Shown here in pieces: positions 1 through 10,649 of a stretch of 35,329 nt of DNA. The position numbers were made by a program, and so were the translations under genes. How positions within the stretch are numbered: the stretch's first letter is position 1; the number at the start of each line of letters is the position of its first letter. Source of the DNA: Nemertoderma westbladi (lineage: Eukaryota > Animalia > Xenacoelomorpha); assembly GCA_032718475.1 (NCBI GenBank), contig JAUCBJ010001326.1:1-35329 (forward strand). Reading direction: 5' to 3'. The notes under the pieces are model-generated. The model searched no databases and had not been told where the DNA came from. It saw only the letters and a program-made list of their open reading frames with translations.

Positions 1-671
1 GTTTTATACTGCTATTTACTGTCAGTTCTTCATAATATGGTTGATGAATTATTATATTTGGAATAACGATAAATAACCCCGCAACCCAATATTCTTGATA
101 TACCGAAGGTAAGAGAGAAAGGTTACCAATAACGATTGTGACTTATGTTAAAGTGGTTTGAAGTGAATCTAATGTTATTTGATAGACCCTACATGAGTCA
201 GCCTGTGTTCCTTTTATATGTGACTAAAATCAGTGAAGATTGGCAGATTAGTGTGCAGTATTGTGCAGCATTGTGTATGAGTGAGTCTGTTAAAGAAGCA
301 ATTCCTAAAGAATGCGCCATATATGTGAATTATAATTAAGCCATATCGTTGTGAGTAGTTTAAGTCATAACTCTGTTTATATAGATAAAGCGCCACGTCC
401 TAAAGGAACTGTTAATATTACCGAAGGTGAATAATATTGTCAGAGATTATATAATACTGTCAGTCGAATAATACATTAGGCTTACATAGCAATAAAATTA
501 AACCGTCGAACCCAATCTCCCGGGAATATCCAGCGGGTGAATGGTCGCGCACGGATTGGTTTCGACTAGTGTAGTGAATCAAATACTTGTCATAGACTAA
601 AAGCAGATTTAATATCTAGAAGACATCTTAATTTGGTGGGTTAAACTGCCAAAGGTCTGAAAGCGCGAACA
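1..671 (+). mobile_element. LTR of BEL/Pao family A (3' part; runs off the left window edge), inserted in opposite orientation into family A gag
   Basis: Near-identical reverse complement of 5622-~6290. Ends precisely in ...GCGCGAACA (CA terminus) at 671. AATAAA at 491-496. Confidence 0.8.
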
Positions 672-3372
672 CCTGGATCTCATCGGAAAACTGGATAATT
701 CCACTACTAATAAACTTTCGGGGTGCTACTAACTTTGCATATAAGTACCCAGCGATATTATTCCTATTACCATACCTGATGTTTAGTGTATCCCAAACTT
801 GTCTTAATCCGTCTGGATGTCCAATAAACTTTAACGCCATTAACTTGGGAGATCCTTCCAAGCACTCGATGAGATATCTAAGTTTTTCTCCATTAGATAG
901 TACAGAGTTCTGTATGTTATCTTTGTAATATTCATTAAAAGGTAACCATTTCATCTCATCTCCATTGAACTTGACGATCTCTCCCACCTTTACCGCTTGC
1001 CGGGCTTCGGTTCTAGCCATTTGACGCGTAAAACTTTCTTGGGCCATCGTGTTATTTAATATCGAATTATCGGTATATAAATTTCTCGGATTATGATCAG
1101 TTCTATAGGGAATGTCATTATCAACAGGTCTATAATTACCCTTAATAGGGTTCACTATAGGAGTTTCTACTTCGCTAGCAGTATATATGCGTGTAGGTTC
1201 CACACCTTGCGCATGCGATACTTCAGACCTAACAGGTTGACACATTGTTACAGAGGGTGGTGGTATACCTCTTTGAGTATTTACTAATTTATCGCGCTCT
1301 AGCGCGATACTTTGCTGCACTTCTTGCAACTCTAGCCTACTTTCCCTTACTGTGCCCTTGAACTGCTGGACAGTCTCCTGCATCTGTCCGAGCAGGATAT
1401 CCATCCCCCGCCGTCCCTCGTCCACCCATTCGACCGCCGAAGCGGGAGTCGCCAACGTTGTAGCGGGCGGACGATGGACAACGGGCGACAAATTATGAAT
1501 ATTTCGCTCGGGACCCAGGACCTGAACTGTCTCTGGGGCAGTTCTACGGGGCACAGGTAGCTTAGTGCTATGCAGAGGGAATTTAGAGGTAACTTCAGGG
1601 AGTACAGGGGTGTCTATCACCGAAGGGGTGATTTCGAGAACAGGCCTAATTATTTCAGGCTCATCTACTATAGTAGGGAGTCTTTCTATTTTAATTATTT
1701 GGTCTGTGGGTTCTGTACTGCCTAAGTTGGTGCTATTTAGTTGCCTTCTAACAGCTGGAGGCAAATCAGGCAATTTCTGACGGTGGAATGTTCTTTTACG
1801 TCTGCTTAGACGAGATCTATTTCCTTTGCCTTCAGTATCGGTGGTATCGCCTTCCTCAGATGATGTATATCCCTGTCGTTTGGGAGTAGATCGATTCATC
1901 ATCTGCATATTACTAGCTGTTAACTGTTTATTTATGCAGTCTTGATTCTCCTGAATGTTTTCCAATTCTAATTGGGTGGTTTCTTCAGTCGCTCTCCGTT
2001 CGGCTTCTGCCACTGCCTCTGCTGTTGCCAGTGCCGCTTTTCTTTCCGCTTCGGCCTCTGCCTTTGCTGCTGCTACTGCCGCTTTTGCCTCTGCCGCTGC
2101 CACTGCCGCTGCCGCTTTTGTCTCTGCCGCTGCCACTGCCGCTGCCGCTTTTGTTTCTGCTTCTGCAGCTGCCACTGCTGCTGCTACTGCCGCTGCCTTT
2201 CTGTCTTCTATACGTTTTTTCTTTACTTGTTCTTCCTGGACTCGTGTGATGCGGAGTTGTTCATCAAATTTAGCCTGATTCGCAGCCCTCATTTCCACAT
2301 CGATGGCATCCAACACAAGCTTGGTTCCTTCGCTGTTAGGGCTAAGTCCCTCCAGCCTTCTCCTCAACTCGTCATCTCCTAAAAAACGCTGATAGTCTGA
2401 CAGATAGATGTCAATGGCATCCTTCTTATGCGGTTTCTCTGCCGTCGCTTCACTTTCCACTTGGGAAAAAGTAGCGTCTGTTGATTCTCCATGGGTTGAG
2501 CGCTCCTCCAACTGAGCTTTCCACTGAGCTGCTCCTTGAACCTGGCGATTCACCCGTTGAAACCAAGTCTTTACGGCAACTTGCAACGACGTGTCTTGTT
2601 TTCTTTTAGAAGCCTCCTCAAAGGCTGATAAGATTAGCCTGATTCGTAGAATTCTTTCTCTAACTTGATAAAGCAGCAATCCCTGCTCTTGAGGTCCTTG
2701 AGGTTGTTGAAACAGTTGTTCTTTTAATCGCTCTATAGAGCTGAAGAATCCCTGTGCGTATCCGGCTGCGGACCTCTTCCACACAGCTGGATCGATGGTT
2801 TCCTTGGCTACTCCCATCCGGTGTATGTCTTCCCAGACAGCTTCTGATAAATCAAACGGGAGTCCGGGTCCGGGGAGGTTCCATTGCGACTCGACAATAG
2901 ACCTCAGTTCTTCACTCGTGTATCCCGCATAACTATCTCTAGTTGACCGTTGACTTCTCGCCCAATCGATCTGGTGTTCTTCCACCGCGATCAATAACCT
3001 AGTGAGTACGGCTGCAGGAAGGATGAGAAGGGGATCCGTATAAACCGCATCCGTCATCTCTGCTCCGCGCTCGGGTGTCAGCTCTACAGTATCCTCACTA
3101 CTGGAGCTGCTGGGCCGCTGAGGAATAAGTTCTTGACTAGCGGGTTGTTGCTGTTCCGCTGCTTCTTGGTCCCGCTTGACCTGAGCTCGGGTGCCTATGA
3201 TAGACCTACGATGTTGGACTAGCCTAGGTTCTGTTATTACTACTGGAGGGATGACCTTCCTCACAGTGGGAGGTGAACTGAACTTACGACCAGACGGTTG
3301 TACGTCTCTATCTGAGTCGCAGATAGTTACATCTAATAAACTGTCTGACAGGTTCTGCTTAGTATCAGACAT
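628..3372 (-). CDS. gag: BEL/Pao Gag (family A), C-terminally truncated by the LTR insertion; the last ~14 aa are read-through into the LTR
   Basis: 914-aa ORF. C-terminal KFNGDEMKWLPF...LSNGEKLRYLIECLEG...WDTLNIRYGN matches the BEL/Pao Gag (DUF1759-type) pattern. Ala/Glu coiled-coil centre. No zinc knuckles because of the truncation. Confidence 0.85.
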   Translation of the reverse strand: MSDTKQNLSDSLLDVTICDSDRDVQPSGRKFSSPPTVRKVIPPVVITEPRLVQHRRSIIGTRAQVKRDQEAAEQQQPASQELIPQRPSSSSSEDTVELTPERGAEMTDAVYTDPLLILPAAVLTRLLIAVEEHQIDWARSQRSTRDSYAGYTSEELRSIVESQWNLPGPGLPFDLSEAVWEDIHRMGVAKETIDPAVWKRSAAGYAQGFFSSIERLKEQLFQQPQGPQEQGLLLYQVRERILRIRLILSAFEEASKRKQDTSLQVAVKTWFQRVNRQVQGAAQWKAQLEERSTHGESTDATFSQVESEATAEKPHKKDAIDIYLSDYQRFLGDDELRRRLEGLSPNSEGTKLVLDAIDVEMRAANQAKFDEQLRITRVQEEQVKKKRIEDRKAAAVAAAVAAAEAETKAAAAVAAAETKAAAAVAAAEAKAAVAAAKAEAEAERKAALATAEAVAEAERRATEETTQLELENIQENQDCINKQLTASNMQMMNRSTPKRQGYTSSEEGDTTDTEGKGNRSRLSRRKRTFHRQKLPDLPPAVRRQLNSTNLGSTEPTDQIIKIERLPTIVDEPEIIRPVLEITPSVIDTPVLPEVTSKFPLHSTKLPVPRRTAPETVQVLGPERNIHNLSPVVHRPPATTLATPASAVEWVDEGRRGMDILLGQMQETVQQFKGTVRESRLELQEVQQSIALERDKLVNTQRGIPPPSVTMCQPVRSEVSHAQGVEPTRIYTASEVETPIVNPIKGNYRPVDNDIPYRTDHNPRNLYTDNSILNNTMAQESFTRQMARTEARQAVKVGEIVKFNGDEMKWLPFNEYYKDNIQNSVLSNGEKLRYLIECLEGSPKLMALKFIGHPDGLRQVWDTLNIRYGNRNNIAGYLYAKLVAPRKFISSGIIQFSDEIQVFALSDLWQFNPPN

Positions 3373-3454
3373 GACTATGTATACCGTTGAATGTCTACTG
3401 CTGTATTACAGTCTGAGTAAGTCTAGTAACTCAGTATTAACTGCTAGCCTAGTC

Positions 3455-3745
3455 ATTAATTACCGGTACTGCTACTCAGTGTAGCGTGATATATAATATA
3501 TTAGAATACCGGTATGCTTATAGTATATATAACTATTATTACAGACTAGGTTTATCACCGAATACCGGTATAATTTTAGCACAAATATATATAAATATAT
3601 AATAGGCCTATTGGGAATACCGGTATAGTTTACAGTTTGTAGTATATATAATTCTGGACTAGAATTAATTATAAGTACCGGTATAATTTCAGCCTAAATT
3701 TATAGAAATAAAGATAATAGGCCTATCGTAAATACCGGTATATCA
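3455..3745. repeat. Degenerate ~55-60 bp tandem repeat centred on TACCGGTA in the element A leader
   Basis: TACCGGTA recurs at about 3461, 3508, 3563, 3618, 3676 and 3733 with similar AT-rich flanks. Confidence 0.6.
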
Positions 3746-4682
3746 ATTATTTTAAATAATTGAATTTCTGTATTTTAGGGTTACTTGATTACTTTACTTA
3801 CTTTACTACCGTTATTTGAGCAGTAATCCAACTGATATTGAGACCTAATGGTTGTATGGTAGGCCTACTATTTATAAATCGTTAGATTTGATTTATAATA
3901 TATATATACCCGTTTTAATGGGTTTTGTCAATGTTTGAAATAAATGTTATTATTTCTGGGGGGTAATCACTACACAAAGCGGTGCGCTTTCAATGAAGTG
4001 TTACTTATAAGACACTGAAACAAATAATTCTAATTTACCTAAGTTACTTAATACTACAAATTACGTACAATTCGGGTGAGATTACAATCTCTAAATAAAC
4101 ACAAAAATTTACAAAAAACACAAAATACGAATTTTTAGGGTAATTTTACAAGAAGTCTACTAACCAGCCTAACAAAGGGTTAGAAACTGGTTATTACAAC
4201 GGACAGGGTACTACGGTATTTGGAATAATAAGTAGTAGTAAATACACTGCGTTGTCCAGATAGGAAAATACCACCGCCTGACGACCTATAGCCGTATCGC
4301 TATAGGTTCTACGTTATGTATCACGGATTGTTCCTACCTAGAAGTTAATAGAGCTAATCGAACGTGCCTATTAACCACTTTACAACACAAATATAATGCC
4401 TACACTAATTACTCTCGGAAAGCACTGTACACTAAACCCTAAATTAGGTACGAGTACTTGTACAACAGATAATCAGTAGTTAAATATACTTGAACAGCTA
4501 AAAGAACCACGGCATCTGCTGGAGTGACCGATGCACAAAATCACCAGTCTTTACCTACGCCAAGCAGCCCGTGTAGTACCGGGGTTAATTTAACTATAGC
4601 GGTATGTATAACAAACACAATTACTGTAGGAACAAACTTGGGGAATGAATGTTGCGGATAATCGCATAAACTCTGAATAATA

Positions 4683-5252
4683 AATATTACGCTACGCGTA
4701 CAAACTACTCAAACAAAATGCAGACCGAACACTGACAGACTACTATCAAGCCCAAACAAACTACGGTATATGCAGACTCCGAAATAATTAGGTAGTATGC
4801 GTTCTAACCCAGTAGTACGACTTATTCTTTAATTGGGGGTTTACCTTACAGCATTCGCTGCCCCTACTTCCTAACCGTTCTTTATCGGACAAGTGATCTA
4901 CACACGCTGCAATCCGCTCAGGCCTAATAACAGCCAGACAACTATCCAGCCTACAAATTATCTAAATAAAATTATACGCTACCCGTACAGACTTACACAA
5001 ACAAAGTACAGACTAAACGATGGCAGACTACTCTCAAGCCTAAATAAACTACAGGACATGCAGACTCCGAAATGATTAGGGAGTATGCGTTCTAACCCAG
5101 TAGTACGACTTATTCTTTAGTTGGGGGTTTACCTTACAGCATTCGCTGCCCCTACTTCCTAACCGTACTTAATCGGACAGGTGATCTACACACACTGCAA
5201 TCCGTTCAGACTTAACAGCAATCAGACAACAGCTCAGCCTACAAATTTTCTG
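4683..5252. repeat. Tandem duplication of ~288 bp (2 copies) in the element A leader
   Basis: AGTATGCGTTCTAACCCAGTAGTACGACTTATTCTTTA...CAGCATTCGCTGCCCCTACTTCCTAACCGT occurs at ~4794 and ~5082. Confidence 0.85.
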
Positions 5253-5430
5253 TACAATCTGATCAGGCTTACACGCCTTCTGTTCAATACTGGCCTACAA
5301 ACAAATAAAACTTGACAGAAATAAGTAAAAATCTCAATAAAAAACCAGGGCTGCAGTCCCTGATTAATTATTAAGGCCTACCGGTATATAACTATGAAAA
5401 TCGAATAATACTAATGTACTTATACGGGAA

Positions 5431-5557
5431 GTACCGGTTAGGACAGTTAGGCCTACGGACCTACAGAAGTACCGGTTCTGGCAGTTGGACCTACGGACCT
5501 ACGGCAGTACCGGTTCTGGTAGTTGGGCCTACTGACCTACAGATGTACCGGTTCAGG
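5431..5557. repeat. 38-bp tandem repeat (3+ copies)
   Basis: GTACCGGTT(C/A)(T/G)G.CAGTT.G.CCTAC.GACCTAC units start at 5431, 5469, 5507 and 5545. Confidence 0.8.
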
Positions 5558-5621
5558 TTTACCGGTTGACCGGTACTTTCAACTTTATTGCTTACTGCAA
5601 TAAAGAAGCTATATCCTTTAA

Positions 5622-6770
5622 TGTTCGCGCTTTCAGACCTTTGGCAGTTTAACCCGCCAAATTAAGATGTCTTCTAGATATTAAATCGCTTTTTAGCCTA
5701 TGACAAGTATTTGATTCACTACACTAGTCGAAACCAATCTGTGCGCGATCATTCACCCGCTGGATATTCCCGGGAGATTGGGTTCGACGGTTTAATTTTA
5801 TTGCTATGTAAGCCTAATGTATTATTCGACTGACAGTATTATATAATCTCTGACAATATTATTCACTTTCGGGAATATTAACAGTTCCTTTAGGACGTGG
5901 CGCTTTATCTATATAAACAGAGTTATGACTTAAACTACTCACAACGATATGGCTTAATTATAATTCACATATATGGCGCATTCTTTAGGAAATGCTTCTT
6001 TAACAGACTCACTCGTACACAATGCTGCACAATACTGCACACTAATCTGCCAATCTTCACTGATTTTAGTCACATATAAAAGGAACACAGACTGACTCAT
6101 GTAGGGTCTATCAAATAACATTAGATTCACTTCAAACCACTTTAACATAAGTCACAATCGTTATTGGTAACCTTTCTCTCTTACCTTCGGTATATCAAGA
6201 ATATTGGGTGTCGGGGTTATTTCTCGTTATTCCAATATAATAATTCATCAACAAATATAATGAATAACCGACAACAAATAACAATATACAGTATCGATTG
6301 AGCAGGTAATTTTAGCAGTTTCAGCAGTTATTAAAAGCCGTGTGTCAGCAGTATTCACAGATCAGTGATTCCATGAGTTTGGTCGGTACGGCAGTTAAAG
6401 GATATATGTCCTTATAATTAAACCTACTAGTGTTGAGCTAAAAAGCAGAAAGCACAAAACACTATAAAGCCGTTCTTTCGTGGCTTTGCAAAACTCGTGA
6501 CTACTGCTCTATACGAGGATACCAACTACCCTTATTCCACGAAGCTCCCGTTCAACACAGAGAAAGAGCAGTGAGATAGGAAAATTTCAGTTCAGTAGCT
6601 CTGTGATAGGTCAAATCAAGGCTAACTCAAATTCTATTGGGAGATACAAAAACAAGGCTATGACGCAACCTTTCTAGGCTGGTTGGCCGATTAAACAGAG
6701 CCCAGATACCTGCGTACAGCAAATCAGCCAATAAGCTGGTAGCTTGCACTATTTTTAGCTATAGATCCCT
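5622..6770 (-). mobile_element. 5' LTR of element A (U3 end uncertain or truncated)
   Basis: Matches 1-671 in reverse complement. Ends in CA on the minus strand at 5622, just upstream of the leader and gag. CCAAT-like boxes at about 6635-6735. Confidence 0.7.
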
Positions 6771-6844
6771 TTAGAGTATTCTAGCGACCGGGGGGGAACT
6801 GGCCAACAAGGCAAACGAATCAGTTATCCCACAAAAGCTTTTAC

Positions 6845-8292
6845 AGAGGGCGCCACATGAGAAGTTGAAGGGGGTATCTAGGCGTAGTAGAATAGATCGT
6901 GTAGGCCGCACGAACTGGTCTACTGTCGCGCATAGCCGGTGGTGCAGAGTTAGAGCATTGTCACAGAGCCTGAAAGTTGTCTGGTAGGAAACTAGTACAC
7001 GAGTAAGAAAATTGTAGCTAGTTTTCACTGTAGACAAGTAGTGATGAATTACTTACATAGTAGTTGAGTAGTAGGTAGAGTAATAGCACGTTAGTTGAGG
7101 TTGGGTAGTGAACACAGCACTGAAGAATCAGGGGTAAATTGGCACATAAAAGGGAATATTCGTACGAAACATTGGCAGAACGCAGATAGGAGGTAGGCCA
7201 TCACTGATTTAAACTAATTAAGACCATGTGGTCCTGGATGACGTGGGGACAGTAGAGGACGATGGTGGGACAAGAAAGGGGTCAGGAGGGTCGAGTAGAA
7301 CTATATTGCTGCATTTAGTGGTGCTGAACGGAGATATTTTTCTGTTTGACCTAGCGACCTATGGTAAGAAGACCGGGCCAAAGTTGAACCTCCTACCGGA
7401 TGCGACGCAGAAGCTAGTAAGGCCAAAGACAAAGATCGAGATTGGATCGGTGATACGTGATGACGTGGAGAGGATTATTGGACTGGGTACCCCGAATCTT
7501 CTGGACATGCAGGTAGTCTACATGGCTATGACGAAACCGGATGGATTAGGATTGGTGGATAACACGGGACAATAGGGAGCCGTGGTGGTGGGTCAGTTGA
7601 TGGCCACAAGCCGATGGTGTGGAACAAGTTCCGAGAGGAATATGGTGTGGAACTTGCGAATTCACTCAAGTCGGGGGCGAGACAGGGAGAGACGAGTTAT
7701 ATCACTTCCGAAAGGGGGGGGGGGGGGGGGTTAAGACACGTCGTGTAGACGAATACATAATATATAATATACGTACTATAGTCAGGTACAACCGTTTTCC
7801 AATTAGCTACTGGGACTGGGGACTAATTGACTAGAACGGGAGGATGAGACATTAGACGGATCCAATTTCTCAAGTGCGGCCGCACGAATGAGAATGTGGG
7901 AGCCTGACAGGAGCTAACGGAGAGTGAGAGCAAAGGGGGTTGAGTATTGGGGAAGTATGGAAGGGAAGGTAGGAGAGTTCAAAGGGGAAACTAAGGAGTG
8001 CGAGGTCCAACTGTGTGGAGCGAGCAGAGAGGAGGATGAGTCCTATGGGACTAGTGAGAGAGGAACACGGACGACAGAGTCCGAGACACAAAATTGTGTG
8101 AGGAGTGAGGGCGATCGTCTAAAAAATAGAGACGCCAGGTGCCTTGGTACAGCTTAGCTCGCAGATGTACCAAGGATGGGTAGTCAAAACAGACCCATGG
8201 GGGCAAGCCTGGAAAGCTGACCCCGAGAAGAAAATTCCACCCCACATCCAATACTAGATTGGATTCCAGCAGAATTGAAGCGCACTTAAGGT
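6845..8292 (+). mobile_element. Internally deleted remnant of a diverged family B element (pre-ORF2 region, exonuclease fragment, partial 3' LTR)
   Basis: Colinear similarity: 6845-7225 to 28545-29015, 7228-7685 to 29431-29900, and 7750-8292 to 31755-32297. Confidence 0.85.
7228..7700 (+). pseudogene. Fragment of the family B ORF2 DEDDy-like exonuclease domain
   Basis: VLDDVGTVEDD...ILLHL...DIFLFDL.TYGKK..PKLN.LP...IGSVIRDDVERIIGL.TPN.LDMQ aligns to the translation of 29431-29880. Stop at 7573-7575. Confidence 0.8.
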
Positions 8293-8537
8293 GTCTAGAG
8301 TACGTTGCAAATAGGGTAAATAACAATAGCGAATAATTTAAATATGGAGAACTTTGGAAGTATCAATTGAGCCGGACAGTTCTAATGAATTAAAGTTAGC
8401 GAACCAAGACGAAATTCCTAAGCGAGGCAAGTGACTCCAAAATTGTTCAATATGTTGATTACGGCAGCTTTTACCATACAGATAAGAAGGAGACGACACC
8501 CTTATGCTATCACAAGCAAGTCTAATAAATCGTTCAA

Positions 8538-8940
8538 TTAACTCAACATTAATATTTTCAGTGCCTTGATCAGCTTCAGTTTTTGAATAGCTGCCATAAA
8601 ATACGTTGCTATGAAAAATGGGTCATTATTTGTCGATCCGCATTCTAGCCAAATTATTTTCCTTGAATCACCATCTATGCACCCATGTACACAAAGCCCG
8701 AATGATTTAAGTTTGTCCCAGCCATCTATGTGATATATGAAATTTGGGCCTGGGGCATAAAAAGTTCGTCGCACAAGCTTGTTCTTAATCCTACCCCGTA
8801 CTGAATCGCCATCAAGGAAATTTAGAATTAGAGAAACTATTTCTTGTGGGATGTACAGACTATGATCTTTCAAAAGCATATTTTTTAATCGACGATAACC
8901 CAAATCTGGATTTTCTTTAATAAGATCAATGACATCTGGA
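8538..8940 (-). pseudogene. IS3EU-type (IS3/IS481-like integrase core) DNA transposase fragment
   Basis: GYRRL...LD...RR.FYAPGPNFIYHIDGWDKLKSFGLCVHGCIDGDSRKIIWL...TNNDP is the characteristic signature. Truncated before the rest of the DDE core. Confidence 0.8.
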
Positions 8941-9045
8941 AGAATATCAAAATGGAAGCATTAGTGGCATCCAATCCATCTTACGTCTAATTGTGCGTGT
9001 AGACATAGCAACACCAATATTTGCCAATAATCTATGCATTTCGTT

Positions 9046-9143
9046 GTGGGGCGAGCCACGAAGTTGGCGGAGCCTTAGCGAATTGACACTGTTAGGGGGT
9101 GGGTCAATTTATGCAAATAGTTGTCGTCGTCGTCGTCGTCGTT

Positions 9144-9185
<42 letters not shown>

Positions 9186-9568
9186 GTCGTCGTCGTTACG
9201 ATTTTGACATGCTAATAACTTTGTCGGATTTAAAGCTGCCAAGTTGAAAATTTGTAGGTATCAATATGAGCAAAAGTTGAGATTTTTGAGAGACTTTCAG
9301 ACACCATCAGCGCAATGGTCTCCCGCTAGAGGGCCACATGTCTAAACATTAAATGCCCTCCCATTTCTTTGCTTTTAATCCGTTTAAGCTGAAACTTGGC
9401 AGATATGTATTAGACCATTAGCTGTGACTTTCAAAGGAGGCGAATCCATCTGCAGTTCTCCAGTCTGCCGCTAGAGGGCCAACGTGACTATTTGCATAAA
9501 TTGACCTACCCCCTAACAGTGTCAATTCGCTAAGGCTCTGCCAACTTCGTGCTGCGCGAAGTCCCCAC
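9046..9568. mobile_element. Non-autonomous inverted-repeat element (MITE or DINE-1/Helentron-like) with an internal (GTC)n tract
   Basis: 65-bp inverted repeats at 9057-9121 and 9487-9551 (2 mismatches). Internal direct repeat CCGCTAGAGGGCCA occurs twice. No ORF. Confidence 0.75.
9123..9196. repeat. (GTC)n microsatellite
   Basis: About 24 GTC/GTT triplets. Confidence 0.95.
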
Positions 9569-9894
9569 TTCGTGTTAAGTGTAACCCTGAAGGAAGTATT
9601 TACGTAAAGTTTCACATTCATTGAAATTATTATCGAAACAATTCATATTTTTACACTGAACAATTATTAATTGTGGCGGTAGTTTCTGTATAGTTTCTGT
9701 ACATAAATAGGTAAATTAATTAAATTGGGCCTATTCCTACTGCTACTGTATGTAGTAAAGATCGTAGTAAGATTCCATTCCTCTACATATTATAAGAACA
9801 GTTTTATGACTATAACCTTATAACATGCTTCAGTAGTACCAGTAGCGGATTTAAAGACAACCAATGAGAAATTAGATCTATTTTTAGTATCACC

Positions 9895-10060
9895 AAAACA
9901 TATTAATTCCTTTTTTCGATGCTAAAAAATATTAATTCCTTTTTTGAATACTAAAACATATTAATTCCTTTTTTTAAATGCTAAAACATATTAATTTCTT
10001 TTTTCGATGCTAAAACATATTAATTATTTTTTTCGATGTTAAAACATATTAATTTTATTT
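9895..10060. repeat. 29-30 bp AT-rich minisatellite (~6 copies)
   Basis: Units of AAAACATATTAATTCCTTTTTTCGATGCT. Confidence 0.9.
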
Positions 10061-10132
10061 TTGAATATAATAATTTCAATAACACAATTTTCAATCACAA
10101 AAAATAGTAATTGGCCTCAAATTACCACCGTA

Positions 10133-10649
10133 GTGATTGGCTGCTACATATTTCACGTCATTATGCTATGCCACAGTGATCTTCGAGAGATTTTCGATCG
10201 ATTCAAATACTCATTAAATCTCAATCATTTCACACCTGGCTTATATCAAATGAAAGCGGAGAGTCTAACGCGTCTTTAACACTACAATTAATTAATTCAT
10301 GATGAAGAACATTGATAAATAGATGTATTCAGCTGTACTTCCAGCAGCCATACCGGTACTGCATTCCAATCTGTATCGATTGCGGTAGATTAGATTTAAA
10401 ATAACACTAATAAAAAAAAATAACAACAAATAAACAAAAAATAACAAATAAAAATAACACTCAAATATGTAGCAGCCAATCACAGCCGATTTTCAAAATT
10501 GGCTTCCCGGGCTTACTTAAACCCGCCATTTCGACCGTTTCCACGTGTTTTTACAAAAAACACACCTCGCCACTCGATTCAGGGCACCTTCTTACCCCTT
10601 ATTCATTTGTTTCAAGCCCAACAATTTTTTCGCTCACCAACCCTATTAC
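10133..10649. mobile_element. Deleted copy of a dispersed palindromic TIR/MITE family (copy 1)
   Basis: 10270-10410 matches 33010-33147, 10461-10649 matches 33717-33907, and 10133-10262 is the inverse of ~33593-33739. Confidence 0.75.

Larger units (their letters stand above)
672..6770 (-). mobile_element. 5' half of BEL/Pao element A (5' LTR, ~2.25-kb leader, gag)
   Basis: On the minus strand the order is LTR (ends CA at 5622), non-coding leader 5621-3373, then gag. The right boundary is approximate. Confidence 0.75.

Noticed and set aside
145-396. Small ORFs duplicated at 5897-6148
   Set aside because: Incidental ORFs inside the family A LTR copies.
1955-2382. Cys-rich, Leu/Pro-rich and Ala-rich plus-strand ORFs
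   Set aside because: Antisense shadows of the Ala-rich gag repeat.
4840-4920. Minus-strand GCGAATGCTG as an HDV-like ribozyme 3' end
   Set aside because: Could not build a proper 7-bp P1, L3 or P1.1.
8993-9247. Poly-Arg ORF
   Set aside because: Translation of the (GTC)n microsatellite.
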